From: Bacilli bacterium
GTDB lineage: Bacteria; Bacillota_I; Bacilli_A; RFN20; CAG-826
Reading direction: 5' to 3'
Assembly: GCA_024408235.1 (NCBI GenBank)
Contig: JAKSVF010000001.1
Span: 29,417-93,416, forward strand
DNA: 64,000 bases
This document shows positions 8,589 to 18,139 of this stretch, piece after piece. Both the position numbers and the translations under genes were made by a program. The notes under the pieces are model-generated. The model saw nothing but the letters and a program-made list of their open reading frames with translations. It did no database searches and was not told the origin of the DNA. The stretch's first letter is position 1; each line of letters begins with the position of its first letter.

Positions 8589-10982
8589 ATGGTAGATAAC
8601 AAATATTTAGAAAAACTAAAAAATGCAGTCGTGATTGCTCCTCGTGAACTTCACGACTCTTTCTTGCGCATCAAGAACGTGCATCCGGATTATGATTTCA
8701 AAGTTATGGACATCGAGGCCTTTGTCTCTATGTTCACATATCAATATGATGATAGGGCAGTTCAAGATCTCTTAGAAAGAGAGTATCCATATAGACGTGC
8801 GCTTGAGATGTTGAAGCTTATGTCATCCAAGACTTGTGGCACTCTTTTGGACGAAGAAGAAAAGCAAATCTGTCATCAGTTGAAGACCGATTACTATTTA
8901 TACCCCGTCGCATACCCTGAAAGAACTTTCTTGAACAAGACAGTTGTGATTGCTGGATATCATTATGACGAATTCATTAAGACATATCTTAAAGATATAA
9001 AAATTGAAGAAGTCATTAGAATCGATGAGGAACCTATCAGCAATCCTAGCCGCGATTATTATTCCTTTTCTGATATCTATGAAGAGGTTCATTATCTTTT
9101 CAATGCGATTGCTGAGGACATAGAAAAAGGCACTGATATAAATAATATTTATATTCTCGGTGCCGATGAGAACTATGACATGCTTTTCGACGAATTCGGA
9201 AGACATTATGGCTTTGAAGTGGAAGGCCCAAATCCTTGTGATCTATCTCACTCCAAAACTTTCTGCCGCTATATAGTCATGAAGACCGAAGGAGTTGGAG
9301 AAGACATTTTTGACAAACTCGTTGAAGAAGGTTATCCGATTGAAGATATCGAAGCTCTCGAAAAAATAGTTCTAAGATATACAGGCGTAATGGGAAGCCC
9401 TGATTACGATTTGAAGACGATTGTCGACATCTGCAAGACAAAATCCTCCCATAAGGTCCATAAGGATAATGTAGTTAGACGATTAACGTCGTTTGTGGCT
9501 CCTGAGGGCGCGCACGTCTATATCGTTAACTTCTCCATGGGTGCATTCCCTAAAGTGTCTGAAGAAGGCTCTTATCTAACAGACGAGAAATGCGAAGTTC
9601 TTGGATTCTTAACAAGCAAAGATAAAAATGAGGAATCGAAGAAAGAACTTTATGATTTACTCGTTTCCAATAAAGTTAAATACATCTCATTCAAGAAGAC
9701 GGCGTTCGGTTCGGAATTCTTTGAGTCATCATTTGTAGGAAACCTCGAGATGAAGGAGATTAAATCCCCTGTCTCTAAATATGAGTATTCAGACGATAGA
9801 GGCGCTTGGTTCCTCTCAATGATGAAGGATCAGTATCGCAATTATTTGATTGTGGATAAGAGATTAAGAGAATGGGAAAAGGCGGTAGAAGTGCCTGATT
9901 ACTGCTCTTATGATTACTCTTTTAAAGGGTTTGACATCGACTCCAAGTATCTAAAGAGAGATTATTCGCCAACTAGCGTAAAGAAATATAATTCTTGCCC
10001 ATTCTCGTATTACGTCAACAAGGTCTTGGGCATCAATAGCTTCCGCAGTAACTTTACCGCTCGAGCGGGTGAGATATATCACACATTCCTCTCTGATTAT
10101 TACAACGATAGATTCTTTGATGAAAACCTCTCTTGGGAGAAGGCGGTTTCTATCACGGAAGGAGATGAGCAGTTCTCTAATAAAGAATTGTTATTCTTAG
10201 ACATTATTCATGAATACGCGATTAAGGCTCTAGAATTCCACAAAACTCATGAAGCTGAGATTAAGAATCCGACAATCTCCACTGAATCATCATTTAGACA
10301 GAGACTTGAAAAGAATAGAGACGTACAAATAAACGGCCGCTATGACAAGATCATGGAATTTGGTGAAGACCAGCAATATTACTGTGTCATTGACATCAAA
10401 ACAGGCGGGGAGAGATTCGACCAATCCAAATTATATTTCGGTTTGTCCATTCAATTGCCATTCTACGCCTACTTTGCAAAGCATGACGACAGGTTGAAAG
10501 ACAAGAAGCTTGCCGGTCTATTCATATCACCGGTATTAAGTGTGGACTATAAGAGCGATGGTAAGAAAACATATCAGGAAATCATCGACTCATCATTCAA
10601 ACTCGATGGCGTATTCCTTTCCGAAAAGGATGCATTGCTATCACTTGATCCATATTATGGTGGCTCAACATATATCAAAGGCTGCAAAACTAACAAAGAC
10701 GGTAATTTCTCTGAAAAATCAAAGGGAGAATTTGGTCGCGTTAAAAATGCTGATCAGTTAAACGCATTAGCGGATAGAGCTGAAGAAGTTGTTCTAGACG
10801 TCGATAAGAACGTTATGGAAGGCAACTTCGACATTTCTCCAATTCAGATTGGAAATGAGGCCTCTGCATGTGAGAATTGCGACCTTAGAGCAATTTGTTT
10901 TAGAAATATTAAAGACATAAGACGTTTGGCAAAACCAAAAGGTCTAGAAGATGAGGAGGAAGAAAATGGCGTGGACAGATAA
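8589..10982 (+). CDS. addB: Helicase-nuclease AddB/RexB-like subunit (short form)
   Basis: It lies immediately upstream of addA. The C-terminal CENCDLRAICF cysteine cluster is typical of the AddB Fe-S nuclease domain. No N-terminal Walker A motif is obvious. At 797 aa it is shorter than Bacillus AddB. Confidence 0.65.
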   Translation: MVDNKYLEKLKNAVVIAPRELHDSFLRIKNVHPDYDFKVMDIEAFVSMFTYQYDDRAVQDLLEREYPYRRALEMLKLMSSKTCGTLLDEEEKQICHQLKTDYYLYPVAYPERTFLNKTVVIAGYHYDEFIKTYLKDIKIEEVIRIDEEPISNPSRDYYSFSDIYEEVHYLFNAIAEDIEKGTDINNIYILGADENYDMLFDEFGRHYGFEVEGPNPCDLSHSKTFCRYIVMKTEGVGEDIFDKLVEEGYPIEDIEALEKIVLRYTGVMGSPDYDLKTIVDICKTKSSHKVHKDNVVRRLTSFVAPEGAHVYIVNFSMGAFPKVSEEGSYLTDEKCEVLGFLTSKDKNEESKKELYDLLVSNKVKYISFKKTAFGSEFFESSFVGNLEMKEIKSPVSKYEYSDDRGAWFLSMMKDQYRNYLIVDKRLREWEKAVEVPDYCSYDYSFKGFDIDSKYLKRDYSPTSVKKYNSCPFSYYVNKVLGINSFRSNFTARAGEIYHTFLSDYYNDRFFDENLSWEKAVSITEGDEQFSNKELLFLDIIHEYAIKALEFHKTHEAEIKNPTISTESSFRQRLEKNRDVQINGRYDKIMEFGEDQQYYCVIDIKTGGERFDQSKLYFGLSIQLPFYAYFAKHDDRLKDKKLAGLFISPVLSVDYKSDGKKTYQEIIDSSFKLDGVFLSEKDALLSLDPYYGGSTYIKGCKTNKDGNFSEKSKGEFGRVKNADQLNALADRAEEVVLDVDKNVMEGNFDISPIQIGNEASACENCDLRAICFRNIKDIRRLAKPKGLEDEEEENGVDR

Positions 10983-13900
10983 TCAAAAACTAGCTATCGA
11001 TTCCCGTGAGGGCAACTTCCTCGTATCAGCTGGAGCGGGTTCCGGTAAGACTGCTGTTTTGACACAGAGAATTACGGATATCATCGCCAATAAACAGGCT
11101 GAGATTTCTGAGTTCTTAGTTTTAACCTTCTCAAACAAAGCCGCTCATGAAATGAAAACAAGAATCCGCAAATCATTGAAGAAAAACGGAATGATTGAGG
11201 CATCTGAACAAGTAGAACTGGCAGATATCACAACTTTTGACGCTTTTGCTCGAAAGGTTGTTATTAAATACGCAGATTTCCTTGGCGTTGATCCTAACTT
11301 CAATGTCATCGATGATACTTATCTAGAATCATTTAAGCGAGACCGCATTGAAGAACTTATTGAAATGTTTATTGCAAGCGATCCTAAGTTCAGAGAAATG
11401 ATGAAACATTTCTGCATAAAGGATGATAGACACGTAATCGAACTGATTTCCAAGATTCAGAAGTTTGCCGATAAGTTCTCCAATAGAGGGAAGGTCTATC
11501 AGATGCTCGCTAGAAATGTGGTAGACAAAGAATTTGTTGATGTGTGCATCGACGTTCTTTATGAGGACATCAATGCTCATGTGCATGAGGCAATTGATCT
11601 TACAGACCATTACCAGGATGAGAATCTCGCTGATATCGATAGAACGTTGATTGAATGCTTTGCCGATCTAGGCTCATATGATGCCTTCTTTGAAAAAGCC
11701 AAGCTTTCGAAGAGCAACAAAGAACTTCAATTCAAGAGGCTTTCCAAGACATTCACCACAGACGAGATGACGAAGAGCGTGCGCAAGAACACAAAGGATT
11801 TGCTCAATGGCTATATTGACCTTGTTCTTTCGTATGGTGACTCAACGAATCAAAGGGCGAGACTTGCAGAGACTCTTGAAGACATTGCTCCATTGATTAG
11901 ATTGTCTATAGAATTGGACACTATTCTTGAAGCGTATAAGATTGCTACATCATCATGGACGTTCTCTGATATTTTCTCTATGGCCTGTAGAGCCGTCGCT
12001 AACGAAAACATAAGACAAGAGATTCGTTCAAAATATAAATTCATCATGCTGGATGAATACCAAGACACAAACCAGCTTCAAGAAGATTTCATCGGTGCAA
12101 TTGCGAATAACAACACGTTTGCGGTGGGAGACATAAAGCAGTCCATCTATCGTTTCAGAAACGCAGAACCATCAATTTTCTCCGGTAAGTTCAATAGATA
12201 CGGAAGAAATGAAGGCGGAACTCTCATCAAACTTCAAGACAATTTCCGTTCTAGAAAAGAGGTTGTAGACGACATCAACAACATATTTGGAGCATGTATG
12301 TCAAACGAACTTGGTTCGGTAGATTATTCTGACGGACACTGTTTCAACTGGGGCAACAAAGCCCTATATAGCGCGACATGTAGTGATGAGCACAATCTCG
12401 ATTGGATTATCTATGAAGACACAAATAAAAATTCACGATTAACCGATCCGGAAAGAGAAGCGATGGTCATCGCTAATGACATCATTTCAAAAATCGAGAG
12501 CCATTACCAAGTGCTTGGTGGTGACGGGAAGATGAGGGATTGCACCCCATCAGATTTCGCGATTCTCATTTCTCGAAAGTCAAATTTCTCAGCATTCAAG
12601 CGAGTGTTTGCCGAAGCCAAGATTCCTTTAGCGGTTTCTGAGGATGCAGACCTTTCAAGCGACAACGTTTCCATGACTTTTGTCTCGCTGCTAAGACTCT
12701 TCAATTCTATCAACGGAACTGATAAGTATGACTCTGATATTGAGAAATTCTCATATGTTTCATTAATGAGAAGTTACCTATTCTCAAAGCCTGACAAGGA
12801 AATCTTCGAATCTATAAAATCCGGTGCATATAAAGTCTCGGAATTATTTGCAAAGGTCCTTGAAAACAGGGATCGTTTATACACGATGTCCGTTAAGGAT
12901 GCGACCATTGAAATTCTTCATATGTTCCCGTTTGTCGATAATCTTAAAAAGATTGGAGACGTTAAGGCGAATTATGAGAAGTTGAAATCAATAGTAAACG
13001 TTGCTGCAAGCATCGATTCGGTTGGAGCATCTTTCCCTGAGTTCGTTAAATACTTCGACGATCTTGAAGAATATGGCCTTCAGATGAAAGTGAAATCTTC
13101 TGGAGAAGCAGGCGGTGGAGTGCAGCTTATGTCCGTCCATGCCTCAAAAGGTCTTGAGTTCCCGATTATCTATTGTCCTGATTTGGCAAGAAAGGCCAAT
13201 AAAGATGACTCTAAGGGCATGTTCGCTTTAAGCGATCACTATGGACTTGCATTGCCAAAGGCCAAGTCTGATGAATACCCAAAGAACATGCTTCATTACC
13301 TCATCTCCGAGGAAGACGGAGCTGAAGCGAACAATGAATTCTTGAGACTTTTCTATGTCGACTTAACTCGTGCAAAAGAGAAGATTATCTTGGTATCCAA
13401 GAAACATAAAGATTTCATTTATGAAAGAATCAATAGCTGGCAGATCTTAAAGGTAACCACGAAAGTTAATGAAAAAGGGGAAACCGTTTATAATTCTTCG
13501 CTCCAAAATTGCGATTCTTTTGAGAAGTATCTAGCTTTAGCAGATCAACCTCTCAGAAAGATTGAAGTAGAAGTTAAACAGCCTCAAGAACTTAAAATTG
13601 GCGAGGTAGAAGTCAGAGATGTACCTGCCCCTGAATTCCGTTCAATAAAGGTTGAAGCGGTCGTTAAAGAACGCAAAAAAGCGTCAAAAACATCTGTTGA
13701 GCCTGTGGATGAAGGCGCACTTGCCTATGGCACCCGCCTTCACCGTCTATTAGAAGTGGTTGATTTCAAGACAAAAGACACATCATTCATCTTTAGCGAG
13801 AAGGAGAGAGCGACAATTGATAGAGTTCTTGCGCTTCCTGTATTTGACGATATTGCTAATGCTAAGGTATATCACGAATATGAGTTCTATGATGAAGATG

Positions 13901-14103
13901 AGAACATCCATGGATCAATTGACTTATTGCTAGTCTTTGATGATTATGCCTATATCATCGATTATAAGACGAAACATATCGATGACCCCGCTTACGAAAA
14001 ACAACTTTCCATATATCAGTCATTTGTAGAGAGAAAGTTCGGCTTACGCACACGCGCTGGATTACTTTCTATTATCGGAGCGGAGTTTAAAAGCGTATTA
14101 TAG
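10966..14103 (+). CDS. addA: ATP-dependent helicase/nuclease subunit A
   Basis: It has a UvrD-type Walker A (SAGAGSGKTAVLTQRI), helicase motifs (MLDEYQDTN, FAVGDIKQSIYRFR) and a C-terminal RecB-type PD-(D/E)XK nuclease (IDLLLVFDDYAYIIDYKT). A strong AGGAGG RBS sits 6 nt upstream of the ATG at 10966. The 10951 ATG lies inside that RBS. Confidence 0.9.
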   Translation: MAWTDNQKLAIDSREGNFLVSAGAGSGKTAVLTQRITDIIANKQAEISEFLVLTFSNKAAHEMKTRIRKSLKKNGMIEASEQVELADITTFDAFARKVVIKYADFLGVDPNFNVIDDTYLESFKRDRIEELIEMFIASDPKFREMMKHFCIKDDRHVIELISKIQKFADKFSNRGKVYQMLARNVVDKEFVDVCIDVLYEDINAHVHEAIDLTDHYQDENLADIDRTLIECFADLGSYDAFFEKAKLSKSNKELQFKRLSKTFTTDEMTKSVRKNTKDLLNGYIDLVLSYGDSTNQRARLAETLEDIAPLIRLSIELDTILEAYKIATSSWTFSDIFSMACRAVANENIRQEIRSKYKFIMLDEYQDTNQLQEDFIGAIANNNTFAVGDIKQSIYRFRNAEPSIFSGKFNRYGRNEGGTLIKLQDNFRSRKEVVDDINNIFGACMSNELGSVDYSDGHCFNWGNKALYSATCSDEHNLDWIIYEDTNKNSRLTDPEREAMVIANDIISKIESHYQVLGGDGKMRDCTPSDFAILISRKSNFSAFKRVFAEAKIPLAVSEDADLSSDNVSMTFVSLLRLFNSINGTDKYDSDIEKFSYVSLMRSYLFSKPDKEIFESIKSGAYKVSELFAKVLENRDRLYTMSVKDATIEILHMFPFVDNLKKIGDVKANYEKLKSIVNVAASIDSVGASFPEFVKYFDDLEEYGLQMKVKSSGEAGGGVQLMSVHASKGLEFPIIYCPDLARKANKDDSKGMFALSDHYGLALPKAKSDEYPKNMLHYLISEEDGAEANNEFLRLFYVDLTRAKEKIILVSKKHKDFIYERINSWQILKVTTKVNEKGETVYNSSLQNCDSFEKYLALADQPLRKIEVEVKQPQELKIGEVEVRDVPAPEFRSIKVEAVVKERKKASKTSVEPVDEGALAYGTRLHRLLEVVDFKTKDTSFIFSEKERATIDRVLALPVFDDIANAKVYHEYEFYDEDENIHGSIDLLLVFDDYAYIIDYKTKHIDDPAYEKQLSIYQSFVERKFGLRTRAGLLSIIGAEFKSVL

Positions 14104-14110
14104 ATAAACG

Positions 14111-15274
14111 ATGGAACAGATTAGCGAACAAGAAAGACAATTATTCTTCAAGACTTTGGATTACCTCAAAGTCAACCCTCGTGTTGATAGGGAAATTTTC
14201 CTTTCGCTTTATTTGAATGCAAAAGAAGCTGCTGATTCTTTGAAAGAAGAGAATGAAATATTCTCAAGAATGCAGATCAACCCTATTGAAATCATTCTTT
14301 ATTTGGTAAACGAATACACTTTTTATCTCGCATCCCATAACAAGGTTTCGCAGCAAGATATCGCAAGCAACGAAGATCTTCAGGATTATATCGTCGCTAT
14401 TGCAGTTGATAAGTATTACACGAATGAACACATGGCATTTAAATCAACCGTTCTTTCGAATAAATACTTGCCTGAGATATCTACAGTCACCTTATATTTG
14501 AACTTCGTCCTAGGTATCTTGTCGAGATACAAAATGAACGATCCAACTCAAACGTTGCTCGTAGATATTCTTCATAAGGGATTCTCTCAAGCTAAGTGTG
14601 TCGTTGAACTCGTTAATAACGGATATGAAACAGAAGCATTCTCCGCGTGGAGAACACTTCATGAAATTGAATGCATATTCGCTTTATTGATAAAACACGG
14701 CGAACCAGTAATCAAAGCCTATCTTGACCATATGCAATACGCTAGAGCGTTTAGACATATGATTCCTGATAAGGAAGCGACTGATGCGGTCTTCGTTAGA
14801 ATCAAAGAGGGAATGAGATCTCATGACCTTAAGAGCAAGGATATGAAGCGCTTTATTGAATATGGATGGTTATTCGCCATTCCAGACATCGATAAGGTGG
14901 TGGATTTCAAACTCAATTTCAGAGATGGAGTTGAGCGTTGTGCCGGGTTGCGCGATAAGGCTGAGATATATGAGATGTCATCAGAGATCGCTCATTCTTC
15001 ACCATTGCTAATCTACTCTGATAATAGAAAGTCATACTATTACCTCATCACTATAATGAATCTCTATGAGTCATTCTTCAGATTAGAAAAGTACTTCGCT
15101 TCATTCTATCTATCAAAACTTCCTGAAGAGGAAAAGAAGAAATATTTCGAGATGAGAAACAAATACCTTGGCCAGCTTCAAGTATGCTATGACCTTGAGA
15201 GATTTAGATTTGCTTCAATAACAGGACAGATAAAACAGCCTGAGGGCAATTCGATTGAAGGACAAAAAGAATGA
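14111..15274 (+). CDS. Hypothetical alpha-helical protein, translationally coupled to addA
   Basis: 387-aa ORF that starts 8 nt after the addA stop. No motif recognised. A terminator follows it. Confidence 0.5.
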   Translation: MEQISEQERQLFFKTLDYLKVNPRVDREIFLSLYLNAKEAADSLKEENEIFSRMQINPIEIILYLVNEYTFYLASHNKVSQQDIASNEDLQDYIVAIAVDKYYTNEHMAFKSTVLSNKYLPEISTVTLYLNFVLGILSRYKMNDPTQTLLVDILHKGFSQAKCVVELVNNGYETEAFSAWRTLHEIECIFALLIKHGEPVIKAYLDHMQYARAFRHMIPDKEATDAVFVRIKEGMRSHDLKSKDMKRFIEYGWLFAIPDIDKVVDFKLNFRDGVERCAGLRDKAEIYEMSSEIAHSSPLLIYSDNRKSYYYLITIMNLYESFFRLEKYFASFYLSKLPEEEKKKYFEMRNKYLGQLQVCYDLERFRFASITGQIKQPEGNSIEGQKE

Positions 15275-15276
15275 AA

Positions 15277-15301
15277 CCGACCAGCGAATGGTCGGTTTTT
15301 C
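15277..15301. terminator. Bidirectional rho-independent terminator between convergent genes
   Basis: ccgacca-gcgaa-tggtcgg followed by TTTTT. It is flanked by the + stop at 15272-74 and the - stop at 15302-04. Confidence 0.8.
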
Positions 15302-16948
15302 TTAGTCAGCGTAGCAGCTTCCACCGATGAATTCTCTCATGAGTGAGTTTGAAGGGACCCATGAATCATCCATGTCTCTAAAGAATTTGAGCATGTGGAG
15401 AAGTCTTTCGGCTATAAGGAAATATGGTGAATCTTTCTCTATTTTTTGTAGTAGAGGTACCGCATATTTTTTCAGTACAGGTAGCTCGTACGCCAAATAT
15501 GAGTTATAAACGTAGTCGCATCCTTCTTGTGTTGGGTAAATCCATTTGAATTCCCCAGCGCGGACATTTGGCCACATCGACATCGTCTCCTCGGCAGGTG
15601 AATTTCTGAATTGAAAATCTCTAACCATGCGTCTTATTAAACGTAAGTCTGTGAGTGAAACTGGGTTGTGGTCATCGAGATTGACTTGGGCTTGTGGAGA
15701 GATAAAGATTTTGAATTTTTGGCTCTTAGGGATGTCTCTAGTCATTCTTTCGTTTAAGGCGTGGATACCTTCAATAACGATTGGCTCATCGTGGCCTACT
15801 CTTAGTTTCCTTCCTTCAACCCTGTGCCCGACCTTAAAATCAAATCTTGGTAATGTGACTTCTTCTCCATTGATAAGGTCGATCATATTTTGGTTGAAAA
15901 GTTCGATATCCAACGCCTCAATCGATTCTAAATCAGGTGTTCCGTCTGGGTTCTTTGGACATTCAGAAGATGGAAGATAATAGTCGTCCAATGAAATGCG
16001 TATAGGTTTTATACCTCTACAAAGTAGTTCCACTCTCAGTCTATTCGAGAAAGTCGTCTTTCCGGATGAAGAAGGGCCGGCTATACAGATGAGTCTAATA
16101 TTATTAATGTCATCCTCGATTAACTGGCCTAGTTCGGAAAGCATTCTGTTATGCCTTGCTTCACATATGTTAATGAATTCAAATGATTCGGTTCTTTCGA
16201 TTTCACTATTTATATTGGATACGGTGTCGACCCCGACAATCTTCGCCCAGTCGTGTGATTCTTTTAGAGTTCTGCCATAGGTTGGCGCGTCGTTGAAGTC
16301 AGGTATCTTTCCTCCACATTCCGGGCGAGGGTACTGGACTAAGAAACCTGGTGAGTAAAGTCTGATTTTGTATTGCTTTATATAACCCGTTGACGGAACC
16401 ATATGAGCATACATGTAATTCATGTATCCGTCACATTCGTAGAAATGAACGGTTTTCTCAGGTCTATATTGGAGGATTTCGAGTTTATCGTCGTATCCTC
16501 TTTCTCTGTATATTCTCGCTGCTTCCTGATTCGAAACGATTACTCTTTTAAGTGGTAAATCCGCTTCAACGATTCTATCGATCTCATGTTTAACTTTTAA
16601 AAGCATAGCCATGTTAGCTTGATATGGGGTGTCCTTAAGGAATATTCCGATTGTTCTAGAAACATTGAATGTGAACTTAACCTTAAGTCCCGGATAACAT
16701 CTAGCGAAGGCCATCGCAATTACGTATCTCAATGATGGCTCATACGCACTTTTAGCCTCATCATCTGCAAGAGTTAAGAATTGGATTTTTGCATCATAGA
16801 AAACCTCATATGTGAGTTCTCTTACACGGTTGTTGACCTTGGCGCAGATGAAGTGCTTGTCTTTGTTCTCTTCGGCGATCAGATCCTGAAGCATTACCTT
16901 TTTATTAAAGGTTTTTGTGATTCCATTGTAGTCTAAAGTAAATTCCAT
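15302..16948 (-). CDS. Uridine-kinase-family nucleoside kinase with an N-terminal TGS-like domain
   Basis: It has the P-loop GPSSSGKTTFSNRL of the Udk/PRK family, placed in the C-terminal half of a 548-aa protein. The N-terminus resembles a ThrRS/TGS fold. Confidence 0.7.
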   Translation of the reverse strand: MEFTLDYNGITKTFNKKVMLQDLIAEENKDKHFICAKVNNRVRELTYEVFYDAKIQFLTLADDEAKSAYEPSLRYVIAMAFARCYPGLKVKFTFNVSRTIGIFLKDTPYQANMAMLLKVKHEIDRIVEADLPLKRVIVSNQEAARIYRERGYDDKLEILQYRPEKTVHFYECDGYMNYMYAHMVPSTGYIKQYKIRLYSPGFLVQYPRPECGGKIPDFNDAPTYGRTLKESHDWAKIVGVDTVSNINSEIERTESFEFINICEARHNRMLSELGQLIEDDINNIRLICIAGPSSSGKTTFSNRLRVELLCRGIKPIRISLDDYYLPSSECPKNPDGTPDLESIEALDIELFNQNMIDLINGEEVTLPRFDFKVGHRVEGRKLRVGHDEPIVIEGIHALNERMTRDIPKSQKFKIFISPQAQVNLDDHNPVSLTDLRLIRRMVRDFQFRNSPAEETMSMWPNVRAGEFKWIYPTQEGCDYVYNSYLAYELPVLKKYAVPLLQKIEKDSPYFLIAERLLHMLKFFRDMDDSWVPSNSLMREFIGGSCYAD

Positions 16949-17077
16949 AATGGTGCTCCTTTCGTGTTTAAAGCGTTATATAATAACAAAACTGCAAAAC
17001 TCTGCAAGCGCTTTCATCATATTCTCCTTTTAATTTATTTATATAGTTGTCTTATACAATCTTTTGAGGTGGTGTTT

Positions 17078-17596
17078 ATGAGAAAGTTATTAGTAGTTGT
17101 AGATTATCAGGTCGATTTCGTTAACGGTTCATTAGGCTTTCCTGGAGCGGAGAATTTGGATGAAAATATATGTTCATTAATCAGAGAATTCGAATCCGAG
17201 AAACAAGATATTGTCTACACCTTAGATACGCATTCGAGTGAGTATTTGGTCACTGAAGAAGGCAAGCATCTGCCAATCGCTCACTGTGTGCCTGGAACCA
17301 GTGGTTATGAGATATATGGACATACTAAAGAACTGCTAAAAGATAAAACTTGCTTTGCAAAACCTACATTCCCATCACTTGAGCTTGGTAACTGGATCAA
17401 TGGCAAAAACTATGATGAAATTACTGTCGTTGGACTGGATCTTTCCATCTGTGTATTATCTAATGCGGTCATTGCTAAAGCTGCATGTCCAAATGCCCAC
17501 ATTATCGTTGACACATCCTGTTCATCGGGAGGCGATAAAGAGGCCAATGAAATCGCTATTAAAGCACTTAAAAGGATACAGGTTGAAATACGATAA
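17078..17596 (+). CDS. pncA: Isochorismatase-family cysteine hydrolase, likely nicotinamidase
   Basis: Motifs LLVVVDYQVDF, ITVVGLDLSICV and a catalytic Cys context. An internal ATG at 17078 has a GAGGTGGTG RBS. The longer ORF start at 16964 has no RBS and has a hydrophobic junk N-terminus. Confidence 0.7.
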   Translation: MRKLLVVVDYQVDFVNGSLGFPGAENLDENICSLIREFESEKQDIVYTLDTHSSEYLVTEEGKHLPIAHCVPGTSGYEIYGHTKELLKDKTCFAKPTFPSLELGNWINGKNYDEITVVGLDLSICVLSNAVIAKAACPNAHIIVDTSCSSGGDKEANEIAIKALKRIQVEIR

Positions 17597-17622
17597 TCTA
17601 CTACCGATAGAGTTCTACTAAA

Positions 17623-17651
17623 TTGACTTATCTCGCGTACGCAGTAATATA
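17623..17651 (+). promoter_or_regulatory. Putative sigma-A promoter of the atp operon
   Basis: TTGACT, a 17-nt spacer, then AATATA. This overlaps the annotated ATG, so the atpI start is probably a downstream Met. Confidence 0.35.
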
Positions 17652-18139
17652 TGCATTGTACGATTATGATGCAGTGGTATAAGAAACTTACGTCAAATAA
17701 GAAATGCCTACTTCTGTTAGGCGTTTTTGATGCGTTTGTTTTCGTTTGCTTAATCCCATTCGCCTTTTTCTCAATGGATAGCGGATATTGGCTTGGAACC
17801 CTTATGCTCGGATGGCTTTTAGGTTCAGTTGCTCAGATCATCGCTTATGTCACAATCGTTTTTACTAGCAAGATGCTTACAACGCCTAATGGCACGACCA
17901 CAACCGGTACTCTTATGGGTGCTGGTGGTTTCTTCATTAGGTACTTTTTGTATGCGGCAGTTCTTACTTTATCGGCCATCTGTACGTTTAAACCGGAATG
18001 GCTTTTAGGCTTTGATAAATTTAATGTATTTACATGCGGCGCAGCGCTCGTTGTGCTCTCATTCTTTGTCATGATTTTTAAAGTCATTGAAATGAGGGGA
18101 GAAGCTGACCCGGTTAAGAAACAGGAGGAGTCGAACTAA
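17651..18139 (+). CDS. atpI: ATP synthase protein I-like small membrane protein (start uncertain)
   Basis: Hydrophobic 4-TM protein immediately upstream of atpB. Confidence 0.6.
   Translation: MHCTIMMQWYKKLTSNKKCLLLLGVFDAFVFVCLIPFAFFSMDSGYWLGTLMLGWLLGSVAQIIAYVTIVFTSKMLTTPNGTTTTGTLMGAGGFFIRYFLYAAVLTLSAICTFKPEWLLGFDKFNVFTCGAALVVLSFFVMIFKVIEMRGEADPVKKQEESN

Noticed and set aside
16964-17077. Longer N-terminal extension of the isochorismatase gene
   Set aside because: The extension is hydrophobic junk without an RBS. The internal ATG at 17078 has a GAGGTGGTG Shine-Dalgarno, and homologues begin there.
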